Of a DNA stretch of 64,000 nt, positions 26,301-40,440 are shown piece after piece (positions within the stretch are counted from its first letter, which is position 1; the number at the start of each line of letters is the position of its first letter). Below the pieces are notes generated by a model. It did not search any database. It was not told the DNA's origin and worked only from the letters and a program-made list of their open reading frames with translations. This stretch comes from Tubiluchus corallicola (Eukaryota; Animalia; Priapulida). The position numbers and the translations under genes were made by a program. The stretch spans positions 310,001 through 374,000 of the forward strand of contig JAQGDQ010000051.1 in assembly GCA_030141605.1 (NCBI GenBank), read 5' to 3'.

Positions 26301-29300
26301 TGATCCAAGAATTATCCAGGAATAGTCTGCTTTTAGTTGCTGGACAAACTTGAATATACTCACATATGATGCATACGATACATACTATATATATGATACT
26401 GTTGCTCATCATTGAAAGAATCACACTGTAAGATAAGAAATGAACTATATTTTTATTATTGCTCCTATTTCTGATCATTAAGAATTTTGATGCTGTATAA
26501 ACTATAGGATGCCAATCCTGACAGCCATTTTTTGGAATGAACATGGACAAGCTGAGTGCTTGCACATTATTTTCATCACCAATATTCCTATCATTTTTGC
26601 CACAATTATTAGTGCTATTGACCATTTTGTTTTTGTCATCATCATTGTCATTGTTGTCACCATCTTCCCTGCTGTTGCTGTTGTCGTCATCATTGTGTTG
26701 AAACCTTTTTCATGTTAAACAACATGCAATACTATCATTTTAGACTGGGCATGGTGGTTTGTCCATATCTTTATATCCGGAGTTAGCTACGTGTTCTCAA
26801 TTCAGCTGTATTTAGCTTCTACTGGGTCTTTATCAGCTGTCTTCCTTGCTTTGCTACAAATGCTTTTATTAGTTTATTCATTTGCTCTTCTTTTGGTAAG
26901 TGTGACCAAACAAAGTAGGTCTTCTCGTGATTTCAGCAATTTCCACCAAGACTAACCTTTTTGCCCTATCTCAACATTACAAAAAATTCCTGACATATGA
27001 AACTTTTAGTATGTTTAGTTTTATTAATCCCCTTTTATTGCAAAACAACATTGCAGTTTACAAAATTTAATTTTAAATGTAGTTTGTTTTGATTGCTTTC
27101 ACATTAATGGCAGTGTTTTCTTTCGCTGTGAAGTTTGTGTTTATTAACTGCTAACATTTATGTTTCTACACAGTACTTACCTGTGTTATATGTCCCATGT
27201 TATTTTATTTTTGTATAGTTTTGTTTAATTTTACATCAGTTTGTTTGATTTTTATTTCATTTTATTTGGTAGATTGTGTGGATATTTCAAAAAGATGGGA
27301 ACGAACCAATTATACTGTCAAGTAATTCAGCTAGGTTGGTGTTTGACAATCGTATCATTGCTAGTACCACTGGTCCTGCACATAGAAAACTTGCTGTTTT
27401 GACTATAAAGGATTTGGCCACATCAGATTCGGGTATATATACTTGTCAGATAGCAACAAAACCAAGTGTTACAGCCGATGTTATACTTACTATTACAAGT
27501 GAGTTTTTTTATTTTTAATTATACTTGCTTTTATCCTTACTTGTTTTGATATGTTTTTGGTTATTCTTTAACATGAAGGAGATACATACAATGGGCCATA
27601 ATTAGTTAAACAAAATGATACACTGCACTATTTTAATAATCACTTTGATTAACTGCATTGCCTTATTATGAGTAAATGTGTAATGTTGGAGGGTAATGGA
27701 ACTTTGTAGCATTTTATTTTAACATAAATACATTTAAGCTAGCATGGCTTTTTGAGCGTGGCTTCACAAAATGCCCTGCACCTAACTACTGCCCTACTCT
27801 AAGTAACTACTCATAGAGGAATTTTGTACATGCATAACAATGTTGAGAGTGGCATTCTGTATAGGGAAAACTTTACAGTAAGAATAAAAACTAGTCAGTG
27901 AAAAATAAATAGGGCATCAATGGTCATTTTTAGATATTCTGAGATGGGACAGTTTTAAGGATAGTACATAATGAGTTACCACTATTCACAGTTTTTTCTC
28001 CTACTATCCAGATGATCATAATGGCTCACAATATAATATTAGACAAAGTAAGCTCTTAAAGTGTGCATAGCATCATCCTTGCCATGCACAGATTTGTACA
28101 CACCTAGCTTTCTGAGCATATCCCAACAAAAGTATTGCCCTCAAAGCTGTGCCATGGGAAGGTTCAACAGGCTTTTTTGACACCTGAAGACGTGTCCCTT
28201 AATCCCCAAATAATTCATATTCGCTCCCAAATTTGACCACTATTTTTTACTAAAAATCTTAGATTTTTAATACAATGGTGTCATAGGAAAGTGTGGAATT
28301 CATTAAACTTTTGTCCCGTTATTGTTGAACTGGCAGTATTTTATGTTTCACTGCATGATTTCAACATTAACAACAAGAAACGTTCTAACTTACGCCCTCG
28401 TTTTCAAGTGTTCATCTGGGCCTAAAATTCAACTGGCATTAAAAAATTTTCGCTGAGCCTTATTCTTGGGGGATCTCTCTGGACTACTACATAACATATT
28501 GATTCAGAAAAAATGAAAACCATTTGTGTTGCTATTAATTCTCACAAACTGGGATTGGAGCAGTATTCCTACTAGGCTGTGGGGATGGGTCCCATCTTAA
28601 GTTTCAAAAGAGGAAGATCTGCATAAATCTTTGTATTTAGTGAACAGTTATTAATCTGTGTATTATAGATACAGAACAGCATATTATTAAGCAGCATATG
28701 AAAGCTCCTATTTACTTTAATATCTAAGTGAGAGCTTACATGATTCATTGCAAATAAGTCTAGAGTCAATATTTTCTAAAGCATCTTTCACTTTTTTTAT
28801 TAATTCAAACTTTTCCAATTTTGAACACTTTTGTGTCACTTTTATTGCTATTATAGCAATATTGTTATTAAGTGTCTGTGCCTGTTTTGCTAAGTTTATT
28901 TTCTTATTTCTTTTAGAACAATATAATATACATTATAAGTGTAATATTTTTATCAGCAGAGTAAGATGATACTTATTAATACTTTCTTATTCACTCCCAA
29001 ACATTTTTGTGACCTTTACCAGTAACCATTTATACATTTAATTATTTAGATAATGAGGAAACTAGTGCAACATTATCTCAGGGTGGCAGTCAAGATTTAC
29101 AGATTCCAGTTGTGCCAATTCAGACTCATCCAAAAGGGAGAGACATTTCCAAGGGAAAACCCGTGATTGTCGATGCCAGTCGAGATACCGAAATTCCTGT
29201 TGGAGCTACTGTAGAATTGACCTGTATTGCTACAAATACAAACAATTTAAATGTAATGTAGTTATCAGCTTTGTGTTCTGACACTCCGTTACACAAACCA

Positions 29301-32300
29301 GAGAAAAAGACAAATCCCTAGTACTTCTAATTATTTCTTTTCAGTGACTACGGAAAAACATTTATTTATTTGAGGTTTATGCATATATAAGAATTATTAT
29401 CCATTAACTTAAATCTGGCATTACCAAATACTGTGAATTTAAAGTATTATCTTAGTCTTTCAAGCATGCTGGTGACCGAGCCTAACGTTATTATTTCATA
29501 ATCGAAAAAATTAAATATTTTACTTTGCTGAATAATAATTAAAACTGCAAAAGTCCCTACATGGTGCCCTCATGAAATCTGAATTGACAAATTTTGAGAT
29601 GATATGAATAGCCAAGTGATCACTGTGTGTGGCTTGCAACCAAAAAGCATCAATTGTCAGTTGTCAGGCACTTAACACTGGGTATCCGACAGGTTATGGA
29701 ATCATTGTTATAGATTTTAGTAAATACACTCTACTTCACCTTTTTAACCCGTTTATTGTAGTAAAAGATTATAAATATGGAACTTTTTTCAGTTGATATG
29801 GTTAAAGCAGAACCAAGGTAAAGCTCCAGTGATGCTGACTGTTAATGGTGTAACTATTGTTAATGACAATAACATTGGAGTAAGGTTATTAGGTCCTACA
29901 TCACACCGCCAAGCTGTGTTAACTATAAAGGTATATTTATATATAGTCAGTGTATAGTACTTTATTTCATAAAGTCTTTGAATTTTATGACAAAATTTTT
30001 TTGCATAATGTTCATACTTTGGTTACAAGAAAAACAGTATTTCATTTACTTAGAGCAGCTTCAGATTATTCAGAGTATGTAAATGTTTATACTCTCAGTA
30101 GTCCAGAAAAGCGTGCTGCCACTAAACAAAAAAATTGTCTTTCTTGTAACAAAATTTTAAACATGATATGTGATTTGCTGTTATTATATTGATAAAAATG
30201 TCAGATCAAGTTTGCCTCATACCAGTAGATTTATTCAAAAACGTGAAAAGTACAATTGTTCAATGGCTGTGCCTGTATAAAGTCTGACTGAACTCTGACA
30301 ACTATAAGTACACATGCAGCTGGTGACACCATATGCTAATAAATATCTTGCGTAAGCCTAATGTTTACATTAAAACTTTTGCACTAAGATATCTGTAAGC
30401 TTGTTAAATAAAATACTGTTTTGATGCCGTGTGCATTAAAACAAGTTAGAAAAAAGTGAACTAAAGCTTATACTTCTTGAAGCTACTGGTGTGAAGTGTT
30501 GTTGGCATACTGCTCCTACGGCTTTCAAGTTTAATTTAAATTTACTTTCTGTACTTTAGTTTGACTGGATTTTACTCGCTTTATATAAATTATGTTTCTT
30601 TGTCAACTGTTCATAGAAAAGTAACTTGATTTTAAAAAGTAATAATTTATTCAATTTGTTAGCATTTTTCTAAACTGTACTGACACATATTCATACAATA
30701 TAATGGCTGTCCTGTTACTATATTGATCTTCTGAAGCATTTTGTGTTCTGTAGCAAATAAATAGGAAGTTTTAATTGCCAAAATGTCATAGAATAGCCAG
30801 TATTTATTATAAATTGTCTGTTTTTTTAAATAATTGTTTAGAATGTTGACGAAGATGATGGTGGGATATATACATGTGAAGTAGCCACTCGTCCTCCTGT
30901 CTCAGTTGATGTGAGATTAACGGTTGTTCGTAAGTATAGTGAGCTACCATAGATTCTAACATAATTAATAAAAAATGCCATTATGAATAAATGAATGGGC
31001 AATTAGTATTTAATAAAGTATTTTGTGGTTTTTCTTTCATCTGAAGGTAGTACATAGCATTTTTGTTGTACTGATGATTTTTTATTAATGATTTTAAAAT
31101 CTTGCCATTTAGTATAATATATAGGACTTTTATTTCGGCCATTGCATTGTCTGCACTCGAAATAATCAAAGCAAAACCACAATAATAATTTAAACAATAA
31201 CAAAGTGTTAGCAATACTGATTAACCCATCAAAATTTTTATTGTTCGTTATAAGATATATAGATCATCATACATTACTTTTCATTATTGTACTAAAAAAC
31301 CTTTTGGTATTGACACATCTACCTGTTTGCCTGCTTTCATACTTTTTTGTTGTAGGACATCAAAATTTTGATGAGTTTTCTCGAGTTGCAATGACTGGTG
31401 CTGAAGATGATAAACTGCTGCCATCTATTGTAGAAGTTAGCAAAGATGCAGATGTCACTGCTGGTGGAAGTTTTGATTTGACATGTATTGCAGCCAATGT
31501 TGCAAATCTGAATGTACTGTAACGTTTGTGTTTACTATTTTAAGAAATTACTTTCTTTGGTGCATTGTCAGGTAAATTTTAAAAGGCAAGTGGCATTGTG
31601 TATCATTTTAACTGATTTATTAGAAAGTTGTGTTCAATTTTAATGTTATTTTGATAGATTGTGTGGCTGCATCGTAGGTTAGGAGAAAAGGCAGCATTGA
31701 TATCGGCTAATGGTGCTTTGTTAGTGAACAGCAACAGGTTCAATGTTGAAGCATCAGGAAATTCTAAGCGTCGAATCATTAAGCTTCATGTTAACAATGC
31801 TGGACCTGAAGATTCTGGAAATTATACCTGTCAAGTGCCAACACGACCACCTATCATGGTTGATTTGCAGATATTTGTCCATGGGCGTATGTATAAGCTT
31901 CATTATTATGATTACTGAAGTTAAGTGGTTTTTGACCCTTGTCTGTACAAATTTACATTAAATGATTTTAAGTTTCAGTTTTTTGCTAATGAAAAAATTT
32001 TGTAACTTACCTGCTTACCTGTACACCTGGTGTTTCCTGATGATTAAACAGTCATTTTTTGCATTGTGAATAACGAATGGCTGATCTCGTAAAATACGAG
32101 TCGTTTGAGCAGATTAAAAATTATAAAATAACTGTAATAAAAATATTTATGCATTAGTAAAATTACATCGGAAGAATAAATATATACTTTCAGAGCGTCC
32201 AACACCTATTACTAATATTGAGCAGCAGCTGCCACCGTTAGTACCATCTTCTCCAGTTGGACAAGGAGTTGTTATTTCTCATGGTGTGAAAAGTAAACTT

Positions 32301-35300
32301 CCAGCTTCTGATAATCAACCGAAGATTATTGAGATAAGTAATGATGCTACCGTCCCTGCTGGTGCCACTGTTGAACTACAGGCTGTTGCAGTTAATGTCG
32401 GCAACTTAAACGTAAGTTAAACAAAAATATTAGTTTTGTGTAACTGTATGCATAGTGTGAGATTTTTTTTATTTTTCAAGAATTTGTATGCCTCATTTTT
32501 GAATGGTTAAGAACTGAATTTGAGTTTTTGGTCATTGGGCTTTACAATAAGGCTGCTACAAACCAAAATTATGGCGATTATTTGTCACACTGGTTCATAG
32601 ATGGTTGTGCAACAATGGAACTAAATAAATCCATAACATGTGAGTTACGTTTGTTGTTACTGATGAATTTTAAATTTACATTCAATTTTATATTGAATTT
32701 GTAATACAAATACAAATATGTAAAGCTATAATAAAAATAAAAATTATTTAGGTTGTATGGTCACACATTTCTCCAAGTTCTGCACCGATCAACATTGCAG
32801 TTAATGAACAAAAATCAATAAATAATCGAAGACTGTCAACTGCATTGAAACAACATGGTAGTCAAGCGACCTCAACAATTTTTATTGAGAATGTTGGCCC
32901 CGAGGATGAAGGCATTTACAGATTTGAAATTGCAACAACACCACCAGTATACGAGGACATTCAATTATTTGTTTCTGGAGGTACGAACATATTTTATTTC
33001 TCGCATTTCTTTTGCCTTTCTGAGATATAATTGCTGCATATTCAAGAATTGTTAAGCATCTCAGTTCATTTGTATTTTATTACAGAGCGACCAAATGTTT
33101 TGCCTACTACAATTCCTCCATCTCAAAGTTTTATACGAAGTCAGACACCTCCATCAGGACAAGATGTTTTACTTGGACAAAGAGCAACCACTGCAAGAAA
33201 CAATGAACCTCAACCCAGAATAATAGAAATTAGTAGAGGTGCAAGAGTACCAGCAGGTTCTACATTAGAACTAAAAGCTGTAGCTTTGGATGTGGAGAAT
33301 TTAAACGTAAGCTTTAAATTTACATTTTACATTTTTCTTGAGCTTAAAATAACTTTTATCTCATAATATTGGCATTTTTTACAGTGCAACATTGTGCTAT
33401 TGAAAATCACTCAGTAATAGACTTAAGAAGGTATATTATATTCATTACTTTTAAAAATTTAAGTTACATTACTTAATTATGAACTTAATATTCATTTAGG
33501 TTGTATGGTCTCTTATTCCTCATAGTTCTGCACCAATCATCATTGCAGTTAACGATCGTAAATTAGTAAATAATGACAGACTATCTTCTTCACCAACACG
33601 AGATGGTAGTCATGTGACCTCAACAATTTCTATTGAGAATGTTGGTCCCGAGGATGAAGGTATTTACAGATTTGAAATCGCAGCAACACCACCAGTATTT
33701 GAGGACATCCAATTATTTGTTGTTGGAGGTACAAACATATCTTATTTCTGTATTTTATTATTTTATATTAGTAAAATCTTAGTAGCTGCATGTTTATTAA
33801 TTCTGTGTAGATTTAGTAAACTATTTTATTGCAGACCGACCAAATGTTTTGCCTACTACAATTCCTCCATCTCAAAGTTTTGTACGAAGTCAGACACCTA
33901 TATCAGGACAAGGTGTTTTACTTGATCAAAGAGCAACCACTGCAAGAAACAATGAACCTCAACCCAGAATAGTACAAATTAGTAGAGATGCAAGTGTACC
34001 AGAAGGTTCTACATTGGAACTAAAAGCTGTAGCTTTGGATGTAGAAAATTTAAATGTATGTGGTAATTATATCAATATGGAAAACAAGACTGCTTTTGTT
34101 ACTGAGTGGCATTGCTGCTGTTATTTGAATGTGGTGCTTGTAATGACTGCTTGATGAACGTCTATCTTTGATTTTGGATGCTTTGTTAAATTTAGGCTAG
34201 TTCTGTTTATTCTCCATCTACTCAATGTTTTTGTCCAATATTTCTAATAGGCCTATAATTCAGATAGAAGCATACGTGTACGTTTCTTAAACAAAATAGA
34301 AATCAACAATTCTTAAACAATGATTTTTCTGGTTGTAAATTTGCATCATCCGAATGAAAATTTGCATCATTAAAACACATGATTTAAAAAAAATTGTCAA
34401 TTTAAATAGCGATTTAACTGATGAATTTAAATCTAATGAATGATTTGTAAATATTGACAAGCTTTCACCTTGTTTAAATGTTGTTAAAACCTTGATAAGG
34501 TGTTGACTCACATAAAAGTGTTTTGCACGTGTGAGATTGAGTTGGTTTGCGATTGATAAAATAAGAGGTAAAATTATTCTAGGTGAAGGTAATTTAATAG
34601 GTAGGATCAGCATCCGAGTGCATTAATAGTACTATTTTCAGCCAATATAAAAATAAATTGAATCGTGTACTTTTTGGTTGCAATTTATGTGAGATATTTT
34701 ACTTTTTCAAAATATGTCATTTATGCTGAAAACATAACCAGAGTGGTAATGTTGCCTTCCTTGATTAATGTATTTTGCAACAGTAAAATATTAAAATTGA
34801 ATAATGTTTTCAGTATTTTCTAATTTTCTTAAAATGTTTACTATGTGCTATATTTTTGTGCAGGTTGTATGGTCTCGTATTGCTGCAGGTTCTGCACCGA
34901 TTAGGTTTGCTATTAATAAGCAAAAGTTAATTGATAATGATAAACTCACAATTTCATTAATACGAAGTCGTGGCCAAGTAACTTCAACCATCTTTATTAA
35001 GAACGTCGGCCCTGTGGATGAAGGCATTTACAGATTTGAAATTGCAACAGCACCACCCATATATAAGGACATGCAGATATTTGTTTATGGAGGTAAATCT
35101 TTATTTCTGGTATTCGTGTGTTGCGTCATAAAATTTAATAGCTGCATATTGATGAGATATTAAACGTATTTCACATTTGTATTTTATTACAGAGGGAACA
35201 AGTGTTTTGCCCACTACATTTTCAACTACATAACTACTATGTGAAATTGGAAATAAATCAAGCTCAAATCAACAGAAACATTGTTGTGCAACTTACGGCA

Positions 35301-38300
35301 GTTTTTACATTTTATTACAGAGCGACCAGCCATTTTGCCAACTACAATTTCTCCATCTCAAAGTTTTATACGAAGTCAGACACCTCTATCAGGACAAGAT
35401 GTTTTACTTGGACAAAGAGCAACCACTGCAAGAAATAATGAACCTCAACCCAGAATAGTAGAAATTAGTAGAGATGCAAGCGTACCAGAAGGTTCTACAT
35501 TGGAACTAAAAGCTGTAGCTTTGGATGCAGAAAATTTAAATGTAAGTGGTAATTATATCAATATGGAAAACAAGACTGCTTTTGTTACTGAGTGGCATTG
35601 CTGCTGTTATTTGAATGTGGTGCTTGTAATGACTGCTTGATGAACGTCTATCTTTGATTTTGGATGCTTTGTTAAATTTAGGCTAGTTCTGTTTATTCTC
35701 CATCTACTCAATGTTTTTGTCCGATATTTCTAATAGGCCTATAATTCAGATAGAAGCATACGTGTATGTTTCTTAAACAAAATAGAAATCAACAATTCTT
35801 AAACAATGATTTTTCTGGTTGTAAATTTGCATCATCCGAATGAAAATTTGCATCATTAAAACACATGATTTAAAAAAATTGTCAATTTAAATAGCGATTT
35901 AACTGATGAATTTAAATCTAATGAATGATTTGTAAATATTGACAAGCTTTAACCTTGTTTAAATGTTGTTAAAACCTAAAAGTGTTTTGCATGTGTGAGA
36001 TTGAGTTGGTTTACGATTGATAAAATAAGAGGTAAAAATTATTCTAGGTGAAGGTAATTTAATAGGTAGGATCGATCAGCATCCGAATGCATTAATAGTA
36101 TTATTTTCAGCCAATATAAAAATAAATTGAATCGTGTACTTTTTGGTTGCAATTTATGTGAGATATTTTACTTTTTCAAAATATGTCATTTATGCTGAAA
36201 ACATAACCAGAGTGGTAATGTTGCCTTCCTTGGTTAATGTATTTTGCAACAGTAAAATATTAAAATTGAATAATGTTTTCAGTATTTTCTATTTTTCTTA
36301 AAATGTTTACTATGTGCTATATTTTTGTGCAGGTTGTATGGTCTCGTATTGCTGCAGGTTCTGCACCGATTAGGTTTGCTATTAATAAGCAAAAGTTAAT
36401 TGATAATGATAAACTCACAATTTCATTAATACGAAGTCGTGGCCAAGTAACTTCAACCATCTTTATTAAGAACGTCGGCCCTGTGGATGAAGGCATTTAC
36501 AGATTTGAAATTGCAACAACACCACCCATATATAAGGACATGCAGATATTTGTTTATGGAGGTAAATCTTTATTTCTGGTATTGGTGTGTTGCGTCATAA
36601 AATTTAATAGCTGCATATTGATGAGATATTAAACGTATTTCACTTTTGTATTTTATTACAGAGCGAACAAGTGTTTTGTCCACTACATTTTCAACTACAT
36701 AACTACTATGTGAAATTGGAAATAAATCAAGCTCAAATCAACAGAAACATTGTTATGCAACTTATGGCAGTTTTTACATTTTATTACAGAGCGACCAGCC
36801 ATTTTGCCAACTACAATTTCTCCATCTCAAAGTTTTATACGAAGTCAGACACCTCCATCAGGACAAGATGTTTTACTTGGACAAAGAGCAACCACTGCAA
36901 GAAATAATGAACCTCAACCCAGAATAGTAGAAATTAGTAGAGATGCAAGGGTACCAGCTGGTTCTACACTGGAACTAAAAGCTGTAGCTTTGGATGCAGA
37001 AAATTTAAATGTAAATAGCAACTAAGGGACTGTTACAAAAATTACAAACAAATTTTATAATATAATCCATTTTGTAGTCACCAAAAACACTGTCCACAGA
37101 GGTTAATACCACTGAATGCTTTATTAACATAATCAGTATGTCCAACATAACATGAATGTCCAACAGCTCCCATAAGTGGATTAACCTGACTGTTCAGAGC
37201 ACAGGTGTGTAATAACAGACAGGTGACTAGCAGGTAACAAACAGAAAAACTGGCCAAAACCAAAAGCTTTACATTCTCGTCACAGATGGCGCCTCGTGCA
37301 CGATAAGTAAGATTAACAAAAAAAGCTAAGTCTGCTACACATTCGGTTCCATAAGAACAGCTGTTGTTGGCAACAAGACGGCACCTCTAATGATTGGCTT
37401 TACGAGTCGATCTACTCTGCCCTTTGCCATTTCCTTGATCAAGTAAGTCTGGAGTAAAGTTTTGTTTGCTGAGGTAACACTGGACAATTGGTTAACAGAT
37501 TGGTTGCTAATGTCACTCTTAGATCTTACAGATCTTGTACTTGAGTAACTATCGAAAACAATGCCCCTAATGTCATGTGACACTTATTTCATTTCTAAGT
37601 GCGCTCGTTATCAGCACGTACTGTGGCGAACCACAGATCCCAAAATGTGCAAGTAGTTTTTTATGCTTTTTGCTTATTGCAGTAGTTACTTTCTGTTCAT
37701 ATATTCAGGATAGTAATCAGGATCAGCAAATGTGAAAAACGTAGCTGAATATTCTTGCATCCTGTAGAGTTAAAAAATCAACTGGTCTTTTGATGCCAGG
37801 TGAACTTATCTACTCATTGTCTCTATGAAGGGTAGACTATTAAGAACAGTCTCGATTCCCCGTAAGGATAAGGTGCAGGAGGATGAAGATGAGAAGTGTA
37901 TGAAACTGTATCATTGCAAGTTTCTTTTTTCCCTGCTGCTTTCCTGAAGCATGTTTCACCAAACTGACAACTTGTTCATATACTTTTCCGTGCCATAGCC
38001 ACAATCCTCAGTTATATCAGTTATCCTCAGAACATAACGTCTGATCAAAGTGCATGAACATTTTTTCTGCATCTTACTTGGCTGAACTATCTGCTACTCC
38101 CAGGTGCTTGAACAAGTTTGGGTTTATGAGAGATTTATAAACCAAAAATGTACATACATCTTCTTTGTTACTCTGGTGCCCTAATATATGTTATCTGTTT
38201 GGCATTTCTTTCAAGCTAGGAATATTGTGAGTAGGAAGCTCAGTACTGATCACTATACTACAACATATTTTATTTCTCTCAGCTAAACTACCACTATTAC

Positions 38301-40384
38301 TGCACCCATGGAGAAGCCTGCGAGTAGAACTGTAAAAAGAATTGCGTTACATTTGTAAAAGAAAGATATTGAGAGCATAATCATTGCCTTCTAAGAACTA
38401 GGGTTCATTTTCTAGAAGAAGCTGTTTTACAAATGAGGATAACATGTTTCCAGTGATGGTTGACACAGCATCTGCTATAATCTCTCTAGGGCTCCATGAT
38501 CTTTTAGAGCCCCTAGTCTAATCAAATTATGGGGCCTCCCTGAAATTGAGCTACCCTTAGCTTGCCCGTGCCCATTTTGAATATTTTTTACTCGTGATAT
38601 ATTTTTGCAACTTTCAAACTGGAGCTACTTATCTCAAATAAAAGGCCTCGAGCAGGGATCCATTATTTCAAATAAGGGCCCACTTTTTTAAAATTAGGTT
38701 TTCAGGCTCACTGGCCTCCTTTTTTAAAGTTGAAATTTTATTTTAAGTTAAACGAATTATTCAGCAATGCAAGACATTAAAATATTGTACTCATTTTTCA
38801 AACAGAAAAATGTTTATATTTGAAGATCTTATATTTATATCAGCAGGACCACCCAAACTAGAAGGCCCCTAGGCTGCGGCCTATACTGGACAATACAGCC
38901 CTGAATTTCTCTCAGGTGTCAAAAACCATACAACAGCTATTTTGGATATAATCTGCTTTGTCTGTTCTGCTCCAAATATGCTCATGTGTTTTTCTGCCCC
39001 TAGTTTCATCTGCAACTGTCTTGTAAATGATTGTTTTATAAACAGTCTTTTGCTTTGTATATCAAAAATCACTCTTATAGTGCTCTTTGCCCCACTCTCC
39101 CCATTCAGCCATAGCAGTAGACAGTGCAGTAACCTTGTGAGGGTATATGTTTTTCTTTGTTTTTCTGTATCCGTGCTACAAACAAGCAAAACACCCACTG
39201 TGTTGTCTAAATCATGCTGTTTAGTGCGAAATTTGTCACTAGTCAGAACTGGCAATCACTGTCCCTATTAATTTGTTGTCCTGTAGCAATACCTTGCTGG
39301 GAATTCACTATGTGTTTCTATGACATTTTAGAATTCTCTCTGGTGACTCGTAACACATTGTAATATTTGTACAAATAAATCCATGATTTCAAATGGTGTC
39401 AAGGGTATTTCTTTGCCATAACATGTAGCAAGTGATTTTCTAAACCATAATAGTTTCTGCATCTTTCAGCTATGAAAGAAAACAATTGTCAATAAATTAA
39501 AATGCTTTTAGCAGATGCCTTTACAGATAGAACATTTTTTTAAATATGTCGTCACTTTTTAACACATTACATTGTGTTTAGTCTCTAAAGGCTGGAAAAT
39601 GCACAGGCTATCAGAATATTCGTCATTCGGTCACAGACGTGAACATATGTTGTCAGTTTGTTGTAAATGCTTTATGTTTATTGATTGTAAATATGACTTT
39701 TATTTAGGTTGTATGGTCTCTTATTCCTCCTAGTTCTTCACCAATCAACATTGCAGTTAACGATCGTAAATTAGTAAATAATGACAGACTATCTTCCTCA
39801 CTAACACGAGATGGTAGTCATGTGACCTCAACTGTTTCTATTGAGAATGTTGGTCCCGATGATGAAGGCATTTACAGATTTGAAATTGCAACAACACCAC
39901 CAGTATTTGAGGACATCCATTTATTTGCTGTTGGAGGTACAAACGTATCTTATTTCTATATTTCCTTATTTTATACTAGTAAGATCTTAGTAGTTGCATG
40001 TTTATTAATTCTGTGTAGGTTTAGTAAAGTATTTTATTGCAGAGCAACCAAATGTTTTGCCTACTACAATTCCTCCATCTCAAAGTTTTATACGAAGTCA
40101 GACACCTCCATCAGGACAAGGTGTTTTACTTGAACAAAGAGCAACCACTACAAGAAATAATGAACCTCAACCCAGAATAATAGAAATTAGTAGAGATGCA
40201 AGGGTACCAGCAGGTTCTACATTGGAACTAAAAGCTGTAGCTTTGAATGCAGAAAATTTAAATGTAAGTAGCATCTGATCAAGTCTAATCATAAAATATG
40301 GTTCATTCCTGTATTTTTTTACTTTTTTTGGTTTATTAAGGTTCTGCTTCAGAGCAAAATCTTCTTGATTTACCTCCGGTTTTT

Positions 40385-40440
<56 letters not shown>

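Noticed and set aside
26509-26718. Hydrophobic ORF that could be a transmembrane exon
   Set aside because: Derived from degenerate CAT/GTT low-complexity sequence, lies between the two halves of Ig2, and has no fitting splice sites.
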